DNA of 15,758 nt from Pseudomonadota bacterium (GCA_039799905.1 JBDLRP010000033.1:1-15758), one strand, 5' to 3'; positions 1-7,450 are shown, numbered from the stretch's first letter. Numbers and translations: made by a program. Notes: generated by a model not told the origin, from the sequence alone.

Positions 1-129
1 AAAATTATCACCCCAGATAAAGACGAAATGTTGGCTACTATTAGTCAGAGTCGTGCCAAATTGTCTGCCCTTGACGTTACTTCCGAGGGGATTTCGCTTG
101 CGCAAGCCAACAGAAGAAAAAGGCTCTGA
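1..129 (+). CDS. 3' end of a hypothetical protein, truncated by the window edge (…KIITPDKDEMLATISQSRAKLSALDVTSEGISLAQANRRKRL*)
   Basis: Frame +1 is open from base 1 to TGA at 127-129, in the same orientation as and just upstream of the HTH/integrase pair. No family recognised. Confidence 0.45.
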   Translation, partial: KIITPDKDEMLATISQSRAKLSALDVTSEGISLAQANRRKRL

Positions 130-147
130 ATTTATTGCAATAAAACA

Positions 148-462
148 ATGACAGGGAGCACTGGAATGATGGACAAAAATTCAGTAAATTCCCAATCGGT
201 ACTCACGAACAGTCTTTGTTCATGTGGCCAGATGTTCTTTGATAGACGCAATATAATTGGCAGTGGTACCGAATTTGATGATGTTTGGTTGACGTCAGAA
301 GAAGCAGCTTTGTTTCTGAAGATTTCATCTGCAACTTTGAGAAATTTGACCAGCAATGGGAAAATTCCATTCTACAAATTCGGAAGAAGGAATCGTTACA
401 GACTCAGAGAACTTCATTCTCTGCTTCTTGGCAAAGCCAAAGGAGCTCACCATGGGAATTAA
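148..462 (+). CDS. Excisionase-like helix-turn-helix DNA-binding protein (HTH_17/MerR-like)
   Basis: Motif WLTSEEAALFLKISSATLRNLTSNGKIPFYKFGRRNRYRLREL is typical of Xis-like HTH_17 proteins. The stop overlaps the integrase start. The true start may be the later ATG at 232. Confidence 0.85.
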   Translation: MTGSTGMMDKNSVNSQSVLTNSLCSCGQMFFDRRNIIGSGTEFDDVWLTSEEAALFLKISSATLRNLTSNGKIPFYKFGRRNRYRLRELHSLLLGKAKGAHHGN

Positions 463-1555
463 ATTCTTGAAATCTGATAACAGTTGGGAAGCATTCTATT
501 CCAAGCGACATCCTGTGACTCGACAGCCTGTTTCAGTGCGCCGGAAAGGTATCAAAACCAAAACCGAGGCATTGAAGGTTGAGAAAGAGTTGGTTCTGCT
601 TGTTGACCAGCGACTCCATGAGTCTGTTGTGCCAACCTGGGACAGGTGTGTTTTGGAGTGGAAGACGTTTGCGGCCGACAATGGAATCGGAGCCGCAACG
701 ATTGACACATACATGAAGTGCCTGAACGCACACACTGTTCCTCGGTGGGGTCGGAAATTGGTTGATGAGATCACTCCGGACGACGTGCGTTCATTGGTTC
801 AAGATCAGTCTAGGGATTGGAGTCCAAGTCACAGGAAGAACATGCTGAAGTACGTGAGGGCCGTTTTGACCTTCGCAGCTGAGAAGCAGTTTATCTCAAA
901 GATTCCAGTGCCGCGGATGAAATTCAATTTCGTTCAAGTACTGAAGGGAGGGCTGACAGAGGCGCAAGCCAAGGCTCTTCTACAGCGCGCACGAGATTTG
1001 AATTTTGTTTGGTATCCGCATTGGGCCTTGGCTCTGTATACCGGGATGAGAAGCGGTGAACTATACGCATTGAAGTGGGATTGCGTGGATTTGGAGGCAC
1101 AACTCATTTTTGTGAGGAGAGCCTGGAACAACAAAGACGGCTTCAAGGCGCCCAAGAATTGGCAAGAAAGGGTCGTGCCCATTTCAGACAATGCAATTCA
1201 GTATCTCCGGGAACTGAAGATGCGATCTGAGGACGACTTCGTGTTGCCGCGCCTCAACGAGTGGGACAAGGGCGAGCAAGCGCGCGCACTTCGAACCTTC
1301 CTGTTGGGGATGGGCCTGCCACCCATGCGGTTTCATGATCTGCGGGCAACTTGGGCCACCATTTTGCTCACAAAGGGTGTCGAGCCCATTAAGGTCATGA
1401 CGATTGGTGGTTGGAAGGACATGAAAACGATGATGTACTACGTCCGTGCCGCGGGTGTGGATATCGCCGGAGTCACCAGTTGTCTTGATTTTTCGACTCG
1501 TTCACCCTCGGAGGCGAAGGTTCTGAACTTCCCCAGCGCAGTGGTGCTGGCGTAG
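452..1555 (+). CDS. int: Tyrosine recombinase / phage-type integrase
   Basis: Catalytic set is intact: R (TGMRSGE), K (FKAPK), HxxR (FHDLRAT), W (GGWKD), Y (TMMYYVR). There is an N-terminal arm-binding-like segment (RRKGIKTKTEALKVE) and a SAM-like core. Start placed at ATG 452 because AGGAG lies at 441-445 (the ORF track starts at 356). Confidence 0.95.
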   Translation: MGIKFLKSDNSWEAFYSKRHPVTRQPVSVRRKGIKTKTEALKVEKELVLLVDQRLHESVVPTWDRCVLEWKTFAADNGIGAATIDTYMKCLNAHTVPRWGRKLVDEITPDDVRSLVQDQSRDWSPSHRKNMLKYVRAVLTFAAEKQFISKIPVPRMKFNFVQVLKGGLTEAQAKALLQRARDLNFVWYPHWALALYTGMRSGELYALKWDCVDLEAQLIFVRRAWNNKDGFKAPKNWQERVVPISDNAIQYLRELKMRSEDDFVLPRLNEWDKGEQARALRTFLLGMGLPPMRFHDLRATWATILLTKGVEPIKVMTIGGWKDMKTMMYYVRAAGVDIAGVTSCLDFSTRSPSEAKVLNFPSAVVLA

Positions 1556-1605
1556 TTGATTGTAGTGTTTTGCTCTGTAAATTACTGTTTTTATTCAATA
1601 AATAG

Positions 1606-1616
1606 TACTTCCACCA
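1606..1616 (+). other. Putative att site: displaced 3' end of tRNA-Ala or tmRNA (TACTTCC-A-CCA)
   Basis: Ends in U70-C-C-A73-CCA as in alanine-accepting RNAs. It sits 50 nt after the integrase stop and 4 nt before a terminator, and is preceded by an AT-rich stretch with an IHF-like site (1578-1590). Only about 7-11 nt of match. Confidence 0.45.
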
Positions 1617-1620
1617 TCTA

Positions 1621-1657
1621 AGCAGGCCCGCGTTCAGCGGGTCTGTTCAATTTTTTT
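1621..1657 (+). terminator. Rho-independent terminator
   Basis: 11-bp stem AGCAGGCCCGC / GCGGGTCTGTT (two G-U pairs), 5-nt loop, then CAA and T7 (1651-1657). Confidence 0.8.
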
Positions 1658-1802
1658 ATCCTATCAAGACGCTCGCGTAAATTCGTGCGCGGCGTTCTTC
1701 GAAGCCGTAGATCAAGAGTGCAACTCCGGAAATGAAGACGAGATATTTCGGCCATGCATCATTAACCTTCTCCATCCTCTGAATCTCTGCCGCTCTTGTT
1801 GC

Positions 1803-2119
1803 CTATTTTGTGGGGTAAAATCCGGCCTGACTGAATTACGAGCCGCTCTGTTTCTCTACTTCCAGAGCCAAAAGTGAGTAAAGAGATGTTTGTGTCCCCT
1901 GCCATGGCTCAATCATTCCGGCAAGCGGAAGAACAGGACGTAGGTGCGTCTTTTAAATCCACAGAGGCATCCAAGTGCGAACCAGATTCGTACGAACCCA
2001 GCCTGGATGAACGCTGACGACGGTGACACCCTTCGTGACCTGCGCCTCGTCGTGATAGCACTGGATAAAATCAGAACTTGTGGCTTGGGAGTCTTTTCCA
2101 GAGCTGGAAAGAGCATTTC
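1803..2119 (-). pseudogene. Degraded short-chain dehydrogenase/reductase (retinol-dehydrogenase/WWOX-like SDR) fragment
   Basis: Stitched translation: EMLFPALEKTPKPQVLILSS [frameshift at ~2060] CYHDEAQVTKGVTVVSVHPGWVRTNLVRTWMPLWI*KTHLRPVLPLAGMIEPWQGTQTSLYSLLALEVEKQSGS*FSQAGFYPTK*. SDR motifs V-x-S-V-HPGWVRT-N-L and P-x-QG-x-QTSLY…SG-x-[Y]FS are present. Stops at 1953-55, 1836-38 and 1803-05. The N-terminus and YxxxK segment are missing. Confidence 0.8.
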
Positions 2120-2290
2120 ATTACTCACTGTATGCTCTCATAAGGATCACAAAAGTGGCGCATTTTAGTTCGGTCAGCTGACCTCAAAATGGCTGTTAAG
2201 CGAAAATTCTGTTTCAAATTGGGCTTCAGTGTAATACCTGAAAGCCAGAAACGGACAAAACCATCATTTTCCAGCTAGGGGATTCATCTC

Positions 2291-2590
2291 ATGAAAGTTA
2301 CCGCACTGCTTTTGAGTACATTAGTTTCCACGAGTGCCTTCGCTTCCGAGTGCTATCTGGGAGAGGTGAGGTCGTTTGCATTCTCCGATAGCAGCATGAA
2401 TCTTCAGGGTTTTGTCAGAGCTGACGGCCAGGAATTGCAGATTAGCGAAAACCAAGCTCTATTTTCACTGATTGGTTGGAGGTTCGGTGGGAACAATCGA
2501 ACGACCTTCGCCGTACCTCAGCTGAATAATCCAAACGAAAAATTGGTTTATTTTATTTGTTCAGTAGGACTTTATCCTTCAAGACAATGA
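2291..2590 (+). CDS. Secreted minimal phage tail-collar domain protein (microcystin-dependent-protein-like)
   Basis: YLGEVRSFAF…GFVRADGQELQISENQALFSLIGWRFGG…TTFAVPQL…YFICSVGLYPSR matches the tail collar motif. N-terminal Sec signal peptide ends in SAFA. GGGGA RBS upstream. Confidence 0.88.
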   Translation: MKVTALLLSTLVSTSAFASECYLGEVRSFAFSDSSMNLQGFVRADGQELQISENQALFSLIGWRFGGNNRTTFAVPQLNNPNEKLVYFICSVGLYPSRQ

Positions 2591-2611
2591 ACGCTTTAAA
2601 CTTTCCTACAA

Positions 2612-2630
2612 AGGGAGTTTTTCACTCCCT
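2612..2630. terminator. Small hairpin downstream of the tail-collar gene
   Basis: AGGGAGT-N5-ACTCCCT between convergent genes. No clear U tract. Confidence 0.35.
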
Positions 2631-2657
2631 GGTAGTTGAGTTCGATTAACGCGAATG

Positions 2658-2691
2658 TGCACCTTTGAATTCGACAGAATTCAAAGGTGCA
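2658..2691. terminator. Perfect 15-bp inverted repeat; probable terminator between convergent genes
   Basis: TGCACCTTTGAATTC-GACA-GAATTCAAAGGTGCA, 5 nt from the M48 gene stop. Confidence 0.6.
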
Positions 2692-2696
2692 AATGA

Positions 2697-3905
2697 CTAT
2701 TTAAAACAATGAGCGTCGCGCTCTCGGTCGAGATTGTAGGCGCGATAGCACAACGAATGATGCGGGTCCGCAAGATTACCAATCGGAACGTAAACCGACT
2801 TTTTATCCGCAGTAAGCCATTTGTTTTTCCTTAACTCCGAGCAAGACTCATAATTCAGTTCAGACGGCCCGACTTTTTTTGTCTGCTTTAACATCTGCAT
2901 TATCGCTTCACTGCCAATACCGGTTGGAATTCCCAGATCCGCCAAGAACTCAAGAGCAAGCTCATCAGCCTCTTGCTCGTAGGTATAATAACCAAGACGT
3001 TTTTCATTCATGACCTTTGTGAGCTCAGTCCAATTCTCTTCCTGCGCCATTCGGCTGAGCTGGGAATCAGGTAGAGGACAAGCGGCTGTGTTTTTTTCAC
3101 CAACAGAATAATAGGTTATAAAATCCGCTTCTGGCAGTATTGGATGCGCACGATAGTAGTGCGCAAGTTCATGCATGACTATGAAGAGAACAAGGTTCTC
3201 ATCGGTGATTGTTTCAAACAGTCCGGTTGAAAAGTAAATTACCGATGAAATCCTTTCAAACGAGAAACGTCGCGCACGAGCAAACTTATTAAAATATGGA
3301 TTGATCTTGCAATTGCCAGAAAGGGCGAGAGAGGATCCTTTCTCGCTTATTTTGCAGCCATGACTGAGGGAATTTCCAAATTGAATGACTTCATTCATGA
3401 GAGTAGGCTCGGCTGTACCACAGCTCTCGGTGTCGGCGATGGAACCATTTCTGGTTATTCTAACTGCATCCTCAAATTCGCCTTTGTCGGCTGAACCACC
3501 CAACAGTACCGGCTTTTCGAAACAGTTGCGCACAGTCTCGACGAACGCGTTGGGCAACGGATCTTTAAAAAGAGCGGCTTGAGGCCTAGGTACATGAGAG
3601 AGTGTCGGATACTTTTTGACAATGTACTCATGGGCACGATTTATGGCGCCCTGAATCAACTTGCTCTTAGGATCGCTCTCAGGAACGAGGTCTGAGTCTT
3701 TAGCGGAAACGAACATTCGCGGCAAAACGTCTCGTATGAATTCATCGAGTGTCTGCTTCTGCCAAAGAAAATGTTCGGTGCGCAACGGAACATTTCCTGT
3801 TTTGTGATAGGTATCGCTGTTGTTTTTCCTAATGCACGATACGCTGCCAAGAAGTGTCACCGAAAATGACAAAGCTAAGATTACGCCAGTGCAACTCAAA
3901 CTCAT
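2697..3905 (-). CDS. M48-family zinc metallopeptidase, probable lipoprotein
   Basis: PNAFV…VIYFSTGL…IVMHELAH (HExxH) and EQEADELALEFL (third ligand ExxAD). Hydrophobic N-terminus ends in SVSC. Start placed at ATG 3905 (GGGGA upstream); the ORF track gives 3932. Confidence 0.88.
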   Translation of the reverse strand: MSLSCTGVILALSFSVTLLGSVSCIRKNNSDTYHKTGNVPLRTEHFLWQKQTLDEFIRDVLPRMFVSAKDSDLVPESDPKSKLIQGAINRAHEYIVKKYPTLSHVPRPQAALFKDPLPNAFVETVRNCFEKPVLLGGSADKGEFEDAVRITRNGSIADTESCGTAEPTLMNEVIQFGNSLSHGCKISEKGSSLALSGNCKINPYFNKFARARRFSFERISSVIYFSTGLFETITDENLVLFIVMHELAHYYRAHPILPEADFITYYSVGEKNTAACPLPDSQLSRMAQEENWTELTKVMNEKRLGYYTYEQEADELALEFLADLGIPTGIGSEAIMQMLKQTKKVGPSELNYESCSELRKNKWLTADKKSVYVPIGNLADPHHSLCYRAYNLDRERDAHCFK

Positions 3906-4279
3906 TGGATTTTCCCCGTTCGCAGATACCATGTAGCTTAATTGGTACAGAGAAAATAATCGAGTGTGTCTCTAGTGAAGTATGACGCGTGGGCGCCGAT
4001 TTTCAAACAAACATATGTTTCAGAGTCGGCAGCGGTCAGAAAGACAAGGTCATTATTGTCAAAACATAGCGGGAACCAGAGTCACTCATTTGCAGTCTTC
4101 TGATGTCAGGCTCGGTCAAGTAGCCTGCTTTCTGGCAGTGGAGAGAAATCCTATTAGAGGGGGTTTCAGCAAAGCGCAGATTGAAATAGAGTGTTCGCCT
4201 TGATCGATGATAAACAACGCCGTGTCGTCTCATGTCATTTCTAGACCTACAGACCCCACAGCATCTCAGGTGAGAATTT

Positions 4280-4834
4280 ATGGAATCACTGCTCAATTCT
4301 TTTTTGCTCGTTTTTGTCAGTGAGATGGGAGATAAAACTCAGCTCTTGGCATTAGTTCTGGCTGCGAAGTTCAGAAAGCCAATTGCCATCATGTTTGGTA
4401 TCCTGATCGCGACTCTCCTTAATCATGCTCTTGCAAGTTACGTTGGTTCTTTTGTGACTCAGTTTGTATCTCCAAACGCTTTGAAGTGGATTCTCGCTGC
4501 AACGTTCATTGGGTTTGGACTGTGGATGTTGATACCGGACAAAGATGAGGGGTTCGAGGAAAAACAGAAATGGGGACCATTTTTAACGACAACTGTCGCC
4601 TTCTTCATCGCAGAGATGGGAGACAAGACACAGCTGGCAACCGTTGCTCTTGGAGCAAAGTACGCGGCTCCTATTATGGTGACCTTGGGCACAACTTTAG
4701 GGATGCTTGCGGCGAATTTTCCTGCAGTTTTATTTGGTCATAAGTTCACCCAGAAAGTTCCTATGAAACTTGTTCACCGTATCGCGAGCGCAGCATTTAT
4801 TCTCTTTGGAATCGCTATTATCTTAGGTTTTTAA
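4280..4834 (+). CDS. TMEM165/GDT1 (UPF0016) family Mn2+/Ca2+ transporter
   Basis: Two copies of the family signature EMGDKTQL, each followed by hydrophobic helices. Confidence 0.95.
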   Translation: MESLLNSFLLVFVSEMGDKTQLLALVLAAKFRKPIAIMFGILIATLLNHALASYVGSFVTQFVSPNALKWILAATFIGFGLWMLIPDKDEGFEEKQKWGPFLTTTVAFFIAEMGDKTQLATVALGAKYAAPIMVTLGTTLGMLAANFPAVLFGHKFTQKVPMKLVHRIASAAFILFGIAIILGF

Positions 4835-4984
4835 GGGAGTACCCACTTACTAGCGGACACACTCTGCAGTTCGTGTGTTCAAGAGTGGCAGAAGCAGATC
4901 GTAAAAGTGGAATCTTTGAACCCGGCTGTAAGAACTGAGCTGGTAGGCCGGGATCTTCATGGATTTTGAATCAAGGTCTCTGAT

Positions 4985-5653
4985 TTATTTCTTCACTTCA
5001 TCATTTGCGATTGTCAGCATTTCGCCGTCTTTGAGCGCGACAGAAATGTGCTTATAGTCCATGCCTGTGGGTGTTCCTTGTCCACACAAGCCAATTTTCG
5101 TTACGCTCACTGGAAGATCAATCTCAATTGGCATTTTGGCAGTGTCGTCTGTTTGAAATTTTGCAGCCCCACCAACACATGAGGCCTCAGATTTTTCAAC
5201 TCCGATGACACGGGTGAGCTGACGCACAGTGGTGCTTTCGATGCGCACGCGTGCAAATCCGGCGGCTATGGGTGTTGTAGGCACATCGTTTTTGATGATG
5301 ACTTTTTGCCCCTCTTTTAAAGCCACAGGAATATGCTTGTAATCCATCCCTGTCGGAGTTGCCTGACCACACAAGCCAATCTTCGTGACAGTCACTGGCA
5401 CTTCAATTTCAATTTTTTCAGAGCTTTTCACTTGCAGTGTGTGTTTCGGATTTCCACCCACGCAGCTGGCTTCTTCCTTCTCGATGCCAATGACGCGTGT
5501 CAACTGTCGAACAGAAGTACTTTCAATTGCGATAACCGCAAGCCCAGTCTTTTTCTGATCCTTATCCTTGTTCTCGAGAGTGTTGTAGGTTCTTTGTGTA
5601 CATCCCAACGTGGTCAAGAGGATTACCGGGAGTGCTTGCTTCATAAATTTCAT
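4985..5653 (-). CDS. Hypothetical lipoprotein with two tandem ~85-aa beta-rich domains
   Basis: Lipobox TLGC at residue 18, AGAGG RBS, and an internal duplication with a 95-aa period. Confidence 0.85.
   Translation of the reverse strand: MKFMKQALPVILLTTLGCTQRTYNTLENKDKDQKKTGLAVIAIESTSVRQLTRVIGIEKEEASCVGGNPKHTLQVKSSEKIEIEVPVTVTKIGLCGQATPTGMDYKHIPVALKEGQKVIIKNDVPTTPIAAGFARVRIESTTVRQLTRVIGVEKSEASCVGGAAKFQTDDTAKMPIEIDLPVSVTKIGLCGQGTPTGMDYKHISVALKDGEMLTIANDEVKK
5000..5527 (-). repeat. Intragenic direct duplication (copy 1 5285-5527, copy 2 5000-5242)
   Basis: Residues 43-123 vs 138-218 align without gaps with 55/81 identities by hand count, including VRQLTRVIG, EASCVGG and VTKIGLCGQxTPTGMDYKHI. 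Confidence 0.95.
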
Positions 5654-5732
5654 GTACGTACCTCTGGTTGTGTGCCGTGATGCATAAGATTAACAGAGCA
5701 CGATGGCGATGCAAAAGCCAATATTTTGATTT

Positions 5733-6578
5733 TCAATTCGAACTTGCGCCAATCAGTGCCAAGTCAATGGCGAGTGATTGGCTCTCCTTCTCAAAAAAGC
5801 GCTTCTGCTCGGAGGTTACTTTTTGGGCCAGACTGGTGAACAGTTGGATCCATTGCTTACTGCGTTCTTGTCTCAGTGTGAGGTGCTCGGGATCAAGCTG
5901 TGAATAGGGAGGGGTCTGCTGCTGAAGAAAGAGCGCTGCGAGAGTTTGCGGATTTTTTGCCTCAGTGAGCATCTTCAAGAAATTTTCTTGTGAACGCTTT
6001 CTCGCAGATAGCTCACGCTTTGACCAATCATACTCCTTCTGAGCAAATTCAGAGACAGTTTGCAATTGCGGCCCGTTAAGAGCACCAATCCACGAGCCTA
6101 GTTGCGTGATTAATTTCCGTCTTCTGGTTTCATTGAATTTTTCAGAACCCTCTGAAAGTTCCTCCAGTTTGTCGCGGTGTTTTTTTTCCTGTTCCTTCTT
6201 CCATCGCTCTCTTTGTTCAGGCTGAAGTGTTGAGAGGAACTGACCGACGGGAATGCTAGCCCGTATCATTGCTTGTGTGTAAACGTCGTTCCAGCGCTTG
6301 AAAAATTGCGCAACCTCATTTTCTGAAATGTCGTCGCGCAGGCTGCGCGAAGCATCTGTTAGAAGTCTCTGCAAGACTGGAATTTCACTTTTATTCAGGT
6401 CCTTTAGATATGCCGAGAGTTCATTTTTGACAAAATCGTCCTGGGAATCATTGAGATCAAAGGTCGAGTCGATTTGTAATTTCACCAAAATTTGTGCCTG
6501 CTGAAACGCAGTCTGGCGAAAAACGCATCCAGAAAAGAGAATGGCGGTGATGATAATTAAGGGTTTTAGTTTCAACAT
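5733..6578 (-). CDS. DUF6279-like all-helical lipoprotein
   Basis: Lipobox FSGC. The pattern IDSTFDLNDSQ…SEIP…LSTLQPEQ…LGSWIGALNGPQ…VTSEQKRFF resembles DUF6279. ATG at 6578 (an in-frame TTG is at 6581). Confidence 0.7.
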   Translation of the reverse strand: MLKLKPLIIITAILFSGCVFRQTAFQQAQILVKLQIDSTFDLNDSQDDFVKNELSAYLKDLNKSEIPVLQRLLTDASRSLRDDISENEVAQFFKRWNDVYTQAMIRASIPVGQFLSTLQPEQRERWKKEQEKKHRDKLEELSEGSEKFNETRRRKLITQLGSWIGALNGPQLQTVSEFAQKEYDWSKRELSARKRSQENFLKMLTEAKNPQTLAALFLQQQTPPYSQLDPEHLTLRQERSKQWIQLFTSLAQKVTSEQKRFFEKESQSLAIDLALIGASSN

Positions 6579-6743
6579 CAATAATCCAGTTCGTGTGACC
6601 CGCTGTCAGTGATGCAGAGGTGGTTTCAACGTCCAATGCCTGCTGATTCAAATTATACTGTTAGATTTTTGGTTGTGAAAGTGTGAGAGTTTCAAAATCC
6701 CTATGCTTAACTTTCATGGGCAGTCTTGTTTATTGATTGTCGA

Positions 6744-6770
6744 TTATCGGCCTCAAGGTTTTTTTCAAAA
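6744..6770 (-). promoter_or_regulatory. Putative sigma28 (FliA)-type promoter for the DUF6279-like gene
   Basis: On the minus strand TTTTG-N14-GCCGATAA: perfect -10 box, weak -35. Confidence 0.5.
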
Positions 6771-6955
6771 ATTCGTGAATATCTTAATTCAGGCGATGAA
6801 AAGATATTTAGAAGATCATGAAGAGGCCTTTGGTTTTGTTTAACTGAATATAATGCTTTACTAAAGTTGCTCAGATTTCATTTTTAGACGCTGGAATCCG
6901 ATAATCGGATAAATGACTTTCAGTATTTTTGGTCCGCTCGGTCATGGAGGTCAAA

Positions 6956-7369
6956 ATGCTTTTCTGGAGCCGATTTGCCGTCGTGTCGAGTGTTATTTTG
7001 GCCGTAACGACTGTGGGGTGTGTCACAAAACGTGACGTGTCAGACAAGCTCAACGTTTGGGTAGGTACGGAGACAGATGAGTTGGTGAAATATTGGGGCC
7101 CTCCGCACAATTCGTACATGAGTAAGAATTTATCAAAAGTATTTCAATACAGCGCGACCTCGTCTGGCAGTATTCCATTCACTACGACCTCAAGCCGATA
7201 TACGGTTTCGGGATTTCAGACCGAGTCCGATACTTCGTATTTGCCCTATCAATTGAAATGCACCGTTCGATTTTTCATTTCCAAAGAGAACAGAGTTGTT
7301 CGGGCAAGTTGGAAAGGGAGTACCGAACTTTGTGAGTCAGAAGCACGAGCTGCAACCCAGCCGGACTAA
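6956..7369 (+). CDS. Small hypothetical lipoprotein (WxG…LxxxWGxP type, possibly BamE/SmpA-like fold)
   Basis: GGAGG at 6946-6950 before ATG 6956. Lipobox TVGC. Motif WVGTETDELVKYWGPP…CTVRFFI…VVRASWKG…C. Confidence 0.8.
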   Translation: MLFWSRFAVVSSVILAVTTVGCVTKRDVSDKLNVWVGTETDELVKYWGPPHNSYMSKNLSKVFQYSATSSGSIPFTTTSSRYTVSGFQTESDTSYLPYQLKCTVRFFISKENRVVRASWKGSTELCESEARAATQPD

Positions 7370-7423
7370 TGCTCGTCATAAGTTCTAAGTTTATATAAAT
7401 TGGGTCTTTGCGTCAGTTTTCCC

Positions 7424-7450
7424 TTTAGAAAGTCTGTTCGTTACCGATCA
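7424..7450 (+). promoter_or_regulatory. Putative sigma28-type promoter for the TARSH-like lipoprotein gene
   Basis: TTTAG-N14-ACCGATCA, the same spacing as consensus TAAAG-N14-GCCGATAA. Confidence 0.45.

Larger units (their letters stand above)
1..1616 (+). mobile_element. Right end of a tyrosine-integrase integrative element (genomic island or prophage); the left end lies outside the window
   Basis: Excisionase-like HTH gene plus integrase, followed about 50 nt later by a tRNA/tmRNA-like 3' end (TCCACCA) and a terminator. Downstream genes have no mobile character. Confidence 0.6.

Noticed and set aside
356..451. N-terminal extension of the integrase given by the ORF track
   Set aside because: It overlaps the HTH gene in another frame, and a good RBS (AGGAG) precedes ATG 452.
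1913..2168. ORFs 1913-2128 (-) and 1944-2168 (+) as real genes
   Set aside because: They are better explained as part of, or antisense to, the frameshifted SDR pseudogene.
2291..2590. Tail-collar gene as evidence that a prophage or tailocin continues past the integrase
   Set aside because: It has a signal peptide, lies beyond the putative att site and terminator, and has no phage structural neighbours.
3940..4279. yybP-ykoY manganese riboswitch expected upstream of the GDT1-family gene
   Set aside because: I could not find the GGGGAGUA…GAGACC core in the leader. An Infernal search with the Rfam model would settle it.
3982..4296. ORFs 3982-4203 (+) and 4036-4296 (-)
   Set aside because: They overlap each other and have no RBS or recognisable motif. 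The region might hold an unidentifiable gene relic.
4835..4984. Structured RNA between the convergent GDT1 and lipoprotein genes
   Set aside because: Only short imperfect stems (GGACAC/GTGTTC, CCCGGC/GCCGGG) and no family signature.
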